A stretch of DNA of 64,000 nt from Eubacteriales bacterium (GTDB lineage Bacteria; Bacillota; Clostridia; Oscillospirales; CAG-272). Every line of letters starts with the position of its first letter. The stretch's first letter is position 1. Positions 28,792-38,512 of this stretch are shown here, piece after piece. The translations under genes and the position numbers were made by a program. The DNA lies in NCBI GenBank assembly GCA_045542035.1, contig JAZQKG010000026.1, positions 2,363-66,362 on the forward strand, written 5' to 3'. The notes beneath the pieces are model-generated. The model ran no database searches and was not told where the DNA came from. It saw nothing but the letters and a program-made list of their open reading frames with translations.

Positions 28792-30300
28792 TTACCTGTT
28801 CTTTCTTCTCACGATTATTACCGCTCCGACGGCGGCAACCGCCACGGGAACGAACATTATAAGAGCCGTATAAAGCTTTGCCGTTCCCATAGTTAAATTT
28901 TCAAGCGTCTCCGTATCGTAGAGAACCGCCTTGCATCCGTAAGGCATATCACCGGCGCCAAAGAAATCCTGGAACAGCGAGTAAAGAAAATCCTTATTTG
29001 AATATCCGCTTGTGATAAGCGAATCTGAGGCGGTTATAAAAACGCTTGGAACAACGAATATTTTTGAATTTCCGATTTCGGAATATGCTGCAACAGTATA
29101 AGAGCCGTCACGGGATACCGTTGCTCCGCCCGCCTCAAGAACCGATGCCGACGATGCGGTAAGAATGGGCTTCGCGTTTCCAGAGAGCTCAAGCGCTGAC
29201 GCTTCCCTGACGATAACTCTTCCGTCCGAATATCCCGAAACCCTATCAGATATGCTTTTTGCCGTCTGATTGCCGGCAAATTCGGTTACGAGAGTAAAAC
29301 CGTCCGTCGTAATAGCGTTTCTTGCGTCTTTAATCATATTGCGGATTTTCGTTCCCGATTCGGTTTCGGTAACCGAGAACTTTATTCCTTGCTCTGCAAG
29401 AAATCCCTCGAGCACAGGCAGGGTTTTTACATACGGGTCAAGCGCGACGTAAAGATTGCCGCCCCCGTCTACGTATGTTTTAAGTCTGTCTATTTCCGTG
29501 CGAAGTCCGCTTCCCTCTCTCGAGGCCTCGAAATCACTCGTCGGATTCGAGATTATAACGATGTCGGCATCGCTCGGAACTTCTTTCTTACGCAAATCTA
29601 TAATTTCAACGTAGTATCCCGCGCAGGCGAGAAGGTTTGAAAAGGCAATCTCTGCCGTTTCTCCATGATACTGAGTGAAGTAAGCTGTTTTGTGCTCGTC
29701 TGCAAGCACCCAGGAAATCATTGCGGCAATAACCTCTTCACCGTTATAAGATGTAACGACTTTCTCCGCGTTAAGCGTGTAGAAGGGAGCAAAGCCCGCG
29801 GCGCTGTATGTATCGCTCATAACGCGATAGTTATTTCCGCACTCAAAAATTACCGAGCTTCTATATATCGGAGTGTCATTACCCTGCATATCGGTTTTAT
29901 ATTTTGACAGGTCGACAAGCTCGTTATTCTTATTTCTTCTGGTAATCAGGTTTATAAAGTCAAGCTCTATAAACTCGGGATATCTTTCTTCATAATATTT
30001 TGCGGTCTGATATACGTAGTTACCGGTAGAGTGGCCCTCTAAGTCCTCTTCTGTAAGACAAAAGGATATTTTAACCTTTTTCTTTTCCTCAATTGCCGAA
30101 GCAAAAAGAGAATCTGTCGAACCGGAAAGAGTCAGATCCGCCTCTTCGGTACTGTAAAAATACAATCCGAAAAATTCAACAATTATATACAGTATGACGT
30201 TCAGTGTGACAACTATAGCGAGGAAGAATGCCGTAAGCGCCGTTGATGAAAATCTGTCACTCTGAAGAGCGTCACCGATTTTTTTCTTAAATTTACTCAT
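28792..30300 (-). CDS. GldG-like ABC-transporter auxiliary protein (copy 1)
   Basis: Same architecture as the adjacent 573-aa paralog, with a similar C-terminal anchor (PVAVAAVGAVIIVRRKNR versus PVAIAVVGIVVCAKRKYL). Confidence 0.6.
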   Translation of the reverse strand: MSKFKKKIGDALQSDRFSSTALTAFFLAIVVTLNVILYIIVEFFGLYFYSTEEADLTLSGSTDSLFASAIEEKKKVKISFCLTEEDLEGHSTGNYVYQTAKYYEERYPEFIELDFINLITRRNKNNELVDLSKYKTDMQGNDTPIYRSSVIFECGNNYRVMSDTYSAAGFAPFYTLNAEKVVTSYNGEEVIAAMISWVLADEHKTAYFTQYHGETAEIAFSNLLACAGYYVEIIDLRKKEVPSDADIVIISNPTSDFEASREGSGLRTEIDRLKTYVDGGGNLYVALDPYVKTLPVLEGFLAEQGIKFSVTETESGTKIRNMIKDARNAITTDGFTLVTEFAGNQTAKSISDRVSGYSDGRVIVREASALELSGNAKPILTASSASVLEAGGATVSRDGSYTVAAYSEIGNSKIFVVPSVFITASDSLITSGYSNKDFLYSLFQDFFGAGDMPYGCKAVLYDTETLENLTMGTAKLYTALIMFVPVAVAAVGAVIIVRRKNR

Positions 30301-30328
30301 TTTTAACTCCGTTAGGACAAATTACATT

Positions 30329-31036
30329 TTAACCGTAACGACGGCGGTCGTAAATACGTATCGTCAGATAAATAAATATCGCGGAAATACTTAAATAATA
30401 AACGAGAGACGCAACGTCAAAGTATCCGTTCGTAAAGCCCTGAAATCTTGAAAATACCGAGATAAAGTCAAGAACGTATCTGAGCCAATAGGATGACGGA
30501 AGAAGAGACGAGAGAACGCCTATCAAAAGGAATCCCATTATAATCGCGATAGTTCCGACTGCCGCGGCAAGCTGGTTTTCCGTCAGTGACGAAACGAAAA
30601 GTCCTATTGAAATAAACACCATTCCGACAAGAAGAATAGCCACGAGGTTTCCGAGAAGAATCCAAAACTTCAGAACGGCATAATAATTGAGTATTAAAAA
30701 GTAAAGCGAATTAAATACCATACATCCCGCAAACATACAGTAAGCGGCAAGGAATTTACCGAATACCATACCGATTATCGATACCGGCGCTGTGAGAAGG
30801 AGCTGCTCGGTTTTAATTTTTCTCTCCTCGCTGAAGGATTTCATAGTAAGAAGCGGAAGAATTATCGCGGAAGCGAGAAACATATATGTGAAATACGGAG
30901 TAACGTCAGCCGTCATGGAAAACAGCGTCGTGTAGCAGAAGACCGCGCCTCCGAGCGCAAGATAAAGCACAAGGAACACGTATCCTATAACACTCGTAAA
31001 GTACGAGCGCATTTCTTTTTTAAATACAGCAAGCAT
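30329..31036 (-). CDS. ABC-2 type permease (GldF-like)
   Basis: A 235-aa protein with about 6 TM helices, immediately after the ATPase gene. Confidence 0.75.
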   Translation of the reverse strand: MLAVFKKEMRSYFTSVIGYVFLVLYLALGGAVFCYTTLFSMTADVTPYFTYMFLASAIILPLLTMKSFSEERKIKTEQLLLTAPVSIIGMVFGKFLAAYCMFAGCMVFNSLYFLILNYYAVLKFWILLGNLVAILLVGMVFISIGLFVSSLTENQLAAAVGTIAIIMGFLLIGVLSSLLPSSYWLRYVLDFISVFSRFQGFTNGYFDVASLVYYLSISAIFIYLTIRIYDRRRYG

Positions 31037-31047
31037 ATCCTTCCTCC

Positions 31048-32025
31048 TTAATGCGCTCTTCTGCGCTTGTTTTCAGAGCCGACAGCATCTCCGTTGGAGC
31101 GGTCAACGAGTCTTATGAATATCGATTCAAGGTCTGTGCCGACAGGCATCATTCCTATAATAGCCCAATTTTTCTGAGCGCAAAGCGAGAAAATCGGCTT
31201 GCGGGCGTCAACTCCCTTTTCGCTTTCAATAAGATAAGCGAAGGAATCCGCGTCGCGCTCACCCGTCGATGTTACCGACTTAACTCCGCGTACCTTGGTA
31301 AGAGCCGCCTCAACCTCTTTCTGAGGTCCGCATATCTTAACGCGGTAATGGAAGCCGTCCTCTATGGTTTTCGTAAGCTCCTCTGTGCGCTCGTTGGCGA
31401 TTATTTTGCCTTTATTTATTATAATAACTCTTTCGCAAACCGCCTGCACCTCGGCAAGAATGTGAGTTGAAAGAATTACCGTATGCTTTTTTGCGAGAGT
31501 GCGTATAAGATTTCTGACCTCGAGTATCTGCTTTGGGTCAAGTCCTACCGTCGGCTCGTCAAAAATAACGACCTTAGGGTCTCCTATAAGCGCCTGAGCG
31601 ATACCTACTCGCTGTCTGTAGCCCTTCGATAGATTCTTTATAAGTCTGTGCTTTACGTCTATAAGCCTTACTGACGCGAGCACCTCTGCAAGATGCTTAT
31701 CCTTATCAAGTTGACAGCCCTTAAGACTGTATACGAAATCTAAATACTCCATAACCGTCATATCGGGATATATCGGCGGCTGCTCGGGCAAAAATCCTAT
31801 CAGCTTTTTTGCTCCTATGGGATCTTCAAGAATGTTTATCCCGTTTATGTACGCTGAACCCGAGGTTGTCGAAAGATAACCCGTAAGTATATTCATCGCA
31901 GTGCTTTTTCCTGCGCCGTTAGGACCGAGAAGACCTACAATCTCCCCTTCTCCTATCTCAAAACTGACATCATTCAGCGCGTAATTTGAACCGTATCTTT
32001 TTACAAGATGTTCTGCTCTTATCAT
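31048..32025 (-). CDS. ABC transporter ATP-binding protein
   Basis: Walker A GPNGAGKST, signature LSKGYRQR, Walker B VVIFDEPTVGLD. Confidence 0.9.
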   Translation of the reverse strand: MIRAEHLVKRYGSNYALNDVSFEIGEGEIVGLLGPNGAGKSTAMNILTGYLSTTSGSAYINGINILEDPIGAKKLIGFLPEQPPIYPDMTVMEYLDFVYSLKGCQLDKDKHLAEVLASVRLIDVKHRLIKNLSKGYRQRVGIAQALIGDPKVVIFDEPTVGLDPKQILEVRNLIRTLAKKHTVILSTHILAEVQAVCERVIIINKGKIIANERTEELTKTIEDGFHYRVKICGPQKEVEAALTKVRGVKSVTSTGERDADSFAYLIESEKGVDARKPIFSLCAQKNWAIIGMMPVGTDLESIFIRLVDRSNGDAVGSENKRRRAH

Positions 32026-32258
32026 GTCTTTTTATCGGTTAACCGATGCCCTTTCGAATATTTTTGCGCGATTCTATAAAAACCGCTGTCTTAAACATTT
32101 ATATATTTTAACATATAAATATAAATAAATCATTAACAAACTCCACAAATTTGCAACATATTTTAAACCTCGCGATTAATAAGACTTGACAAATTTAATT
32201 TTCAGATGTAGAATATTGTAAGTAATCTATTTGATTTGATAAAAAGGACATAAGGAAT

Positions 32259-33254
32259 ATGAACGGAGATAAGAAAACCGTTTTCTCGGGCGTTCAGCCG
32301 TCGGGAAATCTTACGATAGGAAATTACCTCGGAGCTATCAAAAATTTTTCACGCTTTTCCGAGGAGTACAAAACCTTTTACTGCGTTGTTGACCTACACG
32401 CAATAACGGTGCGTCAGGTGCCCGCGGAGCTTCGCAAAAGAACCTATGAAACCCTCGCCTTATATATGGCGTGCGGTCTTGACGAAAAGAAAAACACCCT
32501 CTTCGTCCAATCTCACGTTCCGGCGCACGCAGAGCTTGGCTGGATTCTTGACTGCTACACGATGTTTGGCGAGCTTTCACGAATGACACAGTTTAAGGAT
32601 AAGAGCGCGAAAAACGCGCAGAACATAAACGCCGGTCTTTTTACCTATCCCGCTCTTATGGCTGCGGATATACTTCTCTACCAGACCGACCTCGTTCCCG
32701 TAGGAATCGACCAGAAGCAGCACCTCGAGCTTGCGCGTGACGTCGCTATGCGCTTTAATCAGATATACAGCGACACATTCACAGTGCCCGAAGGATATAT
32801 TTCGACAGACACGATGAAAATAATGTCGCTTGCCGAGCCGACTCAGAAAATGTCAAAGTCCGACCCTAACCAGAACGCCGTCGTATACATTCTCGATTCA
32901 AAAGACGATATTATGCGCAAATTCAAGAAGGCGGTCACCGACTCTGACGCAGAGGTAAGATTTGCCGAAGATAAGCCGGGCGTTTCAAACCTTATGACAA
33001 TTTATCGCGCGTTTACCGGAAAAACCTTTGAGGAAATAGAAAAAGAATTTCTTGGCAAAGGATACGGAGATTTTAAAATCGCCGTAGGTGAAGCCTGCGC
33101 TGACGGTCTTGCGCCTGTAAGAGATGAGTTCAGCCGTCTTATTGCGGACAAGGCGCATCTTGAGGAGGTTATGAAGGCGGGAGCCGATGATGCGGCATAT
33201 TACGCAAGAAAAACCATGTCGAAAGTCAGAAGAAAAATCGGTTTTGTAAACTAA
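32259..33254 (+). CDS. trpS: Tryptophan--tRNA ligase
   Basis: Class I HIGH-like SGVQPSGNLTIGNY and KMSKS motifs. TTGACA-17-TAGAAT promoter about 45 nt upstream. Confidence 0.9.
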   Translation: MNGDKKTVFSGVQPSGNLTIGNYLGAIKNFSRFSEEYKTFYCVVDLHAITVRQVPAELRKRTYETLALYMACGLDEKKNTLFVQSHVPAHAELGWILDCYTMFGELSRMTQFKDKSAKNAQNINAGLFTYPALMAADILLYQTDLVPVGIDQKQHLELARDVAMRFNQIYSDTFTVPEGYISTDTMKIMSLAEPTQKMSKSDPNQNAVVYILDSKDDIMRKFKKAVTDSDAEVRFAEDKPGVSNLMTIYRAFTGKTFEEIEKEFLGKGYGDFKIAVGEACADGLAPVRDEFSRLIADKAHLEEVMKAGADDAAYYARKTMSKVRRKIGFVN

Positions 33255-33280
33255 TGACTACAAAATAGCAAATATTAAAA

Positions 33281-33330
33281 AACAAGCATTTAAGCGAAAA
33301 ACTTACACGGATATCGCCTTAATGCTTGTT
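33281..33330 (+). terminator. Terminator after trpS
   Basis: AACAAGCATTTAAGCG / CGCCTTAATGCTTGTT stem followed by TTT. Confidence 0.6.
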
Positions 33331-33364
33331 TTTATCTTTATTACAGCTTTTTTTAAAAAAGGTA

Positions 33365-33393
33365 TTGACAAAATATTTTATATCTGTTATAAT
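33365..33393 (+). promoter_or_regulatory. Sigma-A promoter for the tRNA gene
   Basis: TTGACA (33365-33370), 17-nt spacer, TATAAT (33388-33393). Confidence 0.6.
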
Positions 33394-33424
33394 AATTAGC
33401 GTCCTGCAGAATGTGGGGCATAAC

Positions 33425-33500
33425 GCTGCTATGGCTCAGCTGGTAGAGCACATCCTTGGTAAGGATGAGGTCCCCGGTCCGAATCCGGGTAGCAGCTCCA
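33425..33500 (+). tRNA. tRNA-Thr (anticodon GGT) with encoded CCA
   Basis: Hand-folded cloverleaf. Acceptor GCTGCTA/TAGCAGC. D arm GCTC-AGCTGGTA-GAGC. Anticodon arm CATCC-TTGGTAA-GGATG. T arm CCCGG-TCCGAAT-CCGGG. Discriminator T, then CCA. Confidence 0.85.
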
Positions 33501-33505
33501 GACAA

Positions 33506-33531
33506 CCCCGAGGCTAATATAGGCTTCGGGG
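33506..33531. terminator. Hairpin after the tRNA, shared with the convergent small gene
   Basis: CCCCGAGGC / GCTTCGGGG stem followed by a T-run (33538-33544). Confidence 0.7.
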
Positions 33532-33542
33532 CTTTGGTTTTT

Positions 33543-33731
33543 TTAGCACTCTTTTTCGATAGGGTAGGAGCAATCCTCTTTTTTAAAAATCGCTTTCATC
33601 TTGCACATCATATCATTTACGGTCTTCTTTACGCATTTCGTAACCGTAACGGCGCCAACCGCTGCAAGCGCGCCGACCGCAAGGATTGCGACAACGCTGT
33701 GCTTTTTTTGCTCTGTTTTTCTGAAAAACAT
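33543..33731 (-). CDS. Small single-pass membrane protein (hypothetical)
   Basis: 62 aa with one hydrophobic helix (VVAILAVGALAAVGAVTV). GGAG lies about 10 nt upstream of the ATG. Confidence 0.4.
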   Translation of the reverse strand: MFFRKTEQKKHSVVAILAVGALAAVGAVTVTKCVKKTVNDMMCKMKAIFKKEDCSYPIEKEC

Positions 33732-33857
33732 TAAAATACACTCCGTTTCTTGTTTTTTATATCTTTTCCTACAATAAAAAATTTATTTATTTCGGTTGAC
33801 AAAAAATCCATATTGGTGTAAAATAAATTACGCTAAAATAAAATTAAAGGAGAGTTT

Positions 33858-35612
33858 ATGATAATTTGTAAAAATTGCGGTTATGAGGGTCCTTATCAGA
33901 CTCCGACATGCCCCGAATGCAACGAGCGCTTTACGCTTGATGAAGCCGATATAAAAGACCAGCTCTCCATACTTGAGGACGCGCTTAAAAACAAGCAGTA
34001 TGAAGAGGTTGTCGAATGCTATCACATACTTGCTGACGCAGACTACACTCCCGCAGAAAAGGAATACGCGAAAATTCTTGAAAAGGGTCAGCTCACTCCA
34101 AGAAATCTGGACGGAGCGATGAAATATTTTTACAAAGCCGCAAAGAAAAACGACCCTTATGCCTCATATAAATACTCAAGGCTTGCTACGAGGGAAAACG
34201 ATGAAACAGGAAGATTCTGGCTTATATATTCAGCCATTCTCGGATGCCCCGAGGCATACCCTGTAGTTGCGGAAGAGTTTTCCGATTGCGGTTACGAAGA
34301 GGACGCGCATTATTTCTATTGGCTTGCCGCTGCGTGCGATGACGTTGAATCCATAGTTACAATGGCAAAAAGGTATTACGACGGAGTCGGAACAGAGCCG
34401 TCCGAGGAATATGCAAAATGGTATATGGACAAGCTTAAAATTCCGCCGATTTACGCTATTAGGCTTGCGTATAAATTAAGACATGCCGAAGCAAAAGAAC
34501 CGCCAAAGGTTACGCTCAAAAATTATAACGGGCTTTTAAACAGACTGGCTATGCAAGCAAGCGAATCCGGATTTGATACGGCGGCATTCAGACTACGCGA
34601 GATTCTTTCCGAGCGCGGAGACGCTGATTCTGCGGCGCACGTTGGTAACTTTCTGATTGAAGGAAAGGGATGTGAGCAGGATGTTCCGCGCGGATTGCAT
34701 TTTCTTGAATATGCCGCGTCTCTTGACAATTTACGGGCGTATATTCTTCTCGGAAATTTATATAAAGAAGGGAAACGGGTCCCAAAAAATCCAAGCCTCG
34801 CTATTAAATACTATCAGAAGGCAGGGGAGCTCGGCTCACACGAGGCATACCTAATTCTCGGTGATATTCTTTACACGGGTGAGTTCGGGGAGAGAGATAT
34901 CGCAGGCGCTGTCGAGCTATATGACTACGCGGTTTCAATGGGGTCGGCAGAAGCGCAAAGCAAATCCGATACTATAAAAAAAGAGCGAGAGATGTTTTTC
35001 GCAAGGGCAAAAAGCGAAGAATCTTCGAATCCCGCGGAAGCCTTCAGACTTTATTCAATAAGCTGCGCGATGGGACACCCTGAAGGAACGTTTAAAACCG
35101 CATATTGCTTTGAACTTGGCAAAGGAACCAAGAAAAATCGACACGGGGCGTACTCATTTTACAAAAAAGCAGTCGACCTCGGATACATACCCGCATACTT
35201 CAACCTCGGAATGTGTTATGCCAAAGGGCATGGAACGAAGCTTGATTTCAATAAGGCGAGAGAATGGCTGATTAAAGCAGAAAGGTGCGGTGACGAACGG
35301 TCGCAAAAGGCTATTGTTTCGCTTATGGAAAGAAAAATGAAAAAAATCTCAAGGCAGCTATACTCCTCTGCTATGAGACTTATATTTCAAAAAAAATTTA
35401 TGCCCGCGAAGGCGCATCTTGAAATTGCCGCGGACCTTATGTATCCAAAAGCAATTTACACGCTTGGCTGCCTTTACGAGTTCGGTATAGTTGTCGGGTG
35501 CAATAAAGAAAAGGGCTTTGCGCTTTACGAACAGGCGTATTCCCTCTTCTTCCGCGACCCGAGAGCAAGGTATAAGCTAAAGGTTCTCAAAATGCTTAAA
35601 TCGGTAAAATAA
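33858..35612 (+). CDS. Sel1-like/TPR repeat protein with N-terminal zinc-ribbon
   Basis: CKNCG...CPEC zinc ribbon, then repeated A..YY.KAA..G...A...LG..Y..G.G Sel1-type units. Confidence 0.8.
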   Translation: MIICKNCGYEGPYQTPTCPECNERFTLDEADIKDQLSILEDALKNKQYEEVVECYHILADADYTPAEKEYAKILEKGQLTPRNLDGAMKYFYKAAKKNDPYASYKYSRLATRENDETGRFWLIYSAILGCPEAYPVVAEEFSDCGYEEDAHYFYWLAAACDDVESIVTMAKRYYDGVGTEPSEEYAKWYMDKLKIPPIYAIRLAYKLRHAEAKEPPKVTLKNYNGLLNRLAMQASESGFDTAAFRLREILSERGDADSAAHVGNFLIEGKGCEQDVPRGLHFLEYAASLDNLRAYILLGNLYKEGKRVPKNPSLAIKYYQKAGELGSHEAYLILGDILYTGEFGERDIAGAVELYDYAVSMGSAEAQSKSDTIKKEREMFFARAKSEESSNPAEAFRLYSISCAMGHPEGTFKTAYCFELGKGTKKNRHGAYSFYKKAVDLGYIPAYFNLGMCYAKGHGTKLDFNKAREWLIKAERCGDERSQKAIVSLMERKMKKISRQLYSSAMRLIFQKKFMPAKAHLEIAADLMYPKAIYTLGCLYEFGIVVGCNKEKGFALYEQAYSLFFRDPRARYKLKVLKMLKSVK

Positions 35613-35617
35613 TCTTA

Positions 35618-35641
35618 TTGAGCAGCTTCCGAGCTGCTCAA
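35618..35641 (+). terminator. Terminator after the Sel1-repeat gene
   Basis: TTGAGCAGC / GCTGCTCAA stem followed by TTTTTG. Confidence 0.7.
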
Positions 35642-35828
35642 TTTTTGTCTGCTCTACTGAACAAATTTTCAATTTTTGTAAAAGTTTTCAGTACCACTGA
35701 ACAATTTTCTGTTTTTGGACTTTTACAATACAAATTGCTTCGAATTATTTTGTGGGCTCTTTTGGGGGCGTAATTTCTTTTACCCTCACTTTTATCTTAG
35801 GCAAGGTATGCTGATTTTATTTTTAATT

Positions 35829-36833
35829 TTAAAGCAAACGGATGCCCGCGTTTTTGCATCCTTCAACAGTGTCCTTATCCCATATGCTTGACTGAACCTC
35901 GCCGATATGGGCGCATCCCATCATAAGCATACAAAGTCTTGACTGACCGATTCCTCCGCCGATAGTTAACGGAAGCTCTCCCGCAAGAAGCATTTTATGG
36001 AACGGAAGACTGCGTCTTTCATCGCATCCTCGCTCTGTGAGCTGCCTGTCAAGCGACTTTTCGTCGACACGGATACCCATTGAGGATATTTCAAAGGCTC
36101 TGTCAAGCACCTTGTTGTAAAACAGGATGTCTCCGTTAAGCTCCCAATCGTCATAGTCGGGCGCTCTTCCGTCGTGCGGCTCTCCGCTCTTGAGCTTTCC
36201 GCCAATCTGCATAATAAATACTGTTCCGTATTTTTTTGTTATAGCGTTCTCACGCTCCTTAGGAGTGAGCGTCGGATACATATCCTCAAGCTCGGATGAG
36301 GTTATGCAGAACACCTCTCTTTCAAGGTCAACAGAAAACTCGGGAAAATCGACCTTGAGAAGCTCGCTCGTGTCACAGATAACGTTCACAATTTTGCGAA
36401 CGGTTTCTTTGAGATAATCAAGCGTTCTGTCCTCACGGGTTATAACCTTTTCCCAGTCCCACTGGTCAACGTATATCGAATGTATATTGTCAAGCTCCTC
36501 GTCGCGTCTTATCGCGTTCATATCGGTGTAAAGACCGTTTCCTACGTAAAAATGATATTCCTTAAGCGCAAGTCTCTTCCATTTTGCAAGGGAGTGAACA
36601 ACCTGAGCCGACTCTCCTACCGCAGGAATATCAAACGACACGGGGCGCTCATAGCCGTTAAGGTTATCGTTAAGTCCCGAGGACTCAGCGACGAAAAGAG
36701 GCGCGCTGACACGTTTGAGATTAAGAGTTTGGGCAAGCCTTTGCTGAAAGGTTTCTTTTATAAAGGCGATCGCCTTCTGCGTTCTGTAAACATCGGGAAC
36801 CGAGCGGTATCCCTCGGGTATATAAAGACTCAT
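35829..36833 (-). CDS. asnA: Aspartate--ammonia ligase
   Basis: 334 aa. The N-terminus YRTQKAIAFIKETFQQRLAQTLNLKRVSAPLFV and class II aaRS-like core are typical of AsnA. Confidence 0.9.
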   Translation of the reverse strand: MSLYIPEGYRSVPDVYRTQKAIAFIKETFQQRLAQTLNLKRVSAPLFVAESSGLNDNLNGYERPVSFDIPAVGESAQVVHSLAKWKRLALKEYHFYVGNGLYTDMNAIRRDEELDNIHSIYVDQWDWEKVITREDRTLDYLKETVRKIVNVICDTSELLKVDFPEFSVDLEREVFCITSSELEDMYPTLTPKERENAITKKYGTVFIMQIGGKLKSGEPHDGRAPDYDDWELNGDILFYNKVLDRAFEISSMGIRVDEKSLDRQLTERGCDERRSLPFHKMLLAGELPLTIGGGIGQSRLCMLMMGCAHIGEVQSSIWDKDTVEGCKNAGIRLL

Positions 36834-36859
36834 TGTCTTATCATCCTTTAATTTAATAC

Positions 36860-36879
36860 GGGAGGCAGATACGCCTCCC
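36860..36879. terminator. Hairpin between guaB and asnA
   Basis: GGGAGGC / GCCTCCC stem with a 6-nt loop. Confidence 0.5.
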
Positions 36880-36888
36880 TTATTTTGA

Positions 36889-38394
36889 TTATTTTACGGG
36901 GGAAGTTCCTCTTAGCATTACGTCGTGATATCCGCCCTCAACGATACTCGTTGCGGAAACGAGAGTTATCTTCGCCTTTTCCTGAAGCTCCTCTATAGTA
37001 ATCGCGCCGCAGTTGCACATGGTGGATTTCACCTTATAAAGAGACTTCTCAACGTTATCGTGAAGCGAGCCTGCATATGTTACGTAAGAGTCAACGCCCT
37101 CCTCGAAAGAAAGCTTTGCCTTTCCTCCAAGGTCGTATCTCTGCCAGTTTCTCGCTCTGTTAGAGCCCTCGCCCCAATACTCCTTAACGTACTGACCGTT
37201 AACCATAGTTTTAGGTGTGGGTGACTCGTCAAATCTTGCGAAATATCTTCCAAGCATCATAAAGTCAGCGCCCATAGCAAGAGCAAGCGTCATATGATAA
37301 TCGTGAACTATACCGCCGTCTGAGCAGATAGGAATGTATACCCCTGTCTCCCTAAAATACTCGTCACGCGCAGCGGCAACCTCAATAACAGCGCTTGCCT
37401 GACCGCGTCCTATTCCCTTCGTCTCACGTGTGATACAGATAGAACCGCCGCCGATTCCTATTTTTATAAAGTCAGCGCCTGCTTCGGCAAGGAAGCGGAA
37501 TCCCTCTCTGTCAACGATATTTCCCGCGCCGACCTTAACCTTATTGCCATACTTTTTACGTATAAAATCAATTGTATTCTTCTGCCAAACGGTATATCCC
37601 TCAGAGGAGTCGATGCAAAGAACGTCCGCGCCTGCTTCAACGAGAGCGGGAACTCTCTTTTCATAGTCACGCGTATTTATTCCAGCGCCGACAACATAGC
37701 TTTTATTTGCGTCAAGAAGCTCCTGAGGATTCTCCTTATGCTGTGAATAGTCCTTACGGAATACGAAGTATTTAAGATGTCCCTTTTTGTCTACTATCGG
37801 AAGTGAATTGAGCTTATTATCCCAGATAATATCGTTCGCTTCCTTAAGAGTCGTGCCCTCGGGAGCTACAACGAGATTTTTGAGAGGAGTCATAAAATCT
37901 TTAACCTTCTCATCTGTGCTCATACGGGAAACGCGGTAATCTCTTCCGGTAACTATTCCGAGAAGCTTTCCGTTTGCCGTTCCGTCATCGGTCACCGCCA
38001 TTGTGGAGTGGCCTTTTTCTTCCGCAAGCTCGAGAACGTCGGCGAGTGTATTCTCGGGGGTAAGGTTAGAATCGCTTACAACGAATCCCGCCTTATAGCC
38101 TTTAACTCTGGCAACCATAGCCGCCTCGTCTTCTATAGTCTGGTTTCCGTATATAAAGGAAACTCCGCCTTCCTTTGCAAGAGCAATTGCCATCGTGTCA
38201 TTTGAAACCGACTGCATTATTGCGGATACCATGGGAATATTCATCATAAGAGGGCATTCTTCCTCGCCCTTTCTGTATTTTACAAGAGGCGTTCTCAAAG
38301 AAACGTTTGCGGGTACACAACGCTCGTCGGTATAACCCGGAACAAGAAGATATTCACTGAAGGTATGTGAGGGTTCACTGAAATAAGTAGCCAT
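36889..38394 (-). CDS. guaB: IMP dehydrogenase
   Basis: Catalytic loop [12 protein letters not shown], a CBS-pair insert, and the N-terminus [11 protein letters not shown]. Confidence 0.9.
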   Translation of the reverse strand: MATYFSEPSHTFSEYLLVPGYTDERCVPANVSLRTPLVKYRKGEEECPLMMNIPMVSAIMQSVSNDTMAIALAKEGGVSFIYGNQTIEDEAAMVARVKGYKAGFVVSDSNLTPENTLADVLELAEEKGHSTMAVTDDGTANGKLLGIVTGRDYRVSRMSTDEKVKDFMTPLKNLVVAPEGTTLKEANDIIWDNKLNSLPIVDKKGHLKYFVFRKDYSQHKENPQELLDANKSYVVGAGINTRDYEKRVPALVEAGADVLCIDSSEGYTVWQKNTIDFIRKKYGNKVKVGAGNIVDREGFRFLAEAGADFIKIGIGGGSICITRETKGIGRGQASAVIEVAAARDEYFRETGVYIPICSDGGIVHDYHMTLALAMGADFMMLGRYFARFDESPTPKTMVNGQYVKEYWGEGSNRARNWQRYDLGGKAKLSFEEGVDSYVTYAGSLHDNVEKSLYKVKSTMCNCGAITIEELQEKAKITLVSATSIVEGGYHDVMLRGTSPVK

Positions 38395-38512
38395 TTTTAT
38401 AATCCTCGTTTTTCTAAACTTTATATTAAAATATATTTTATCATATTCTACGTGACAATGTCAAGCGTAATATCAATCTATTTTGACTAAAAAACACTGT
38501 TTTTTTAATTAT

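Noticed and set aside
32026-32258. Looked for a T-box leader upstream of trpS
   Set aside because: The promoter (TTGACA-17-TAGAAT) is only about 45 nt from the start codon. There is no T-box motif and no terminator, so no riboswitch is called.
38395-38512. Looked for a purine/guanine riboswitch upstream of guaB
   Set aside because: The leader is short and AT-rich, with no conserved three-way-junction motifs.
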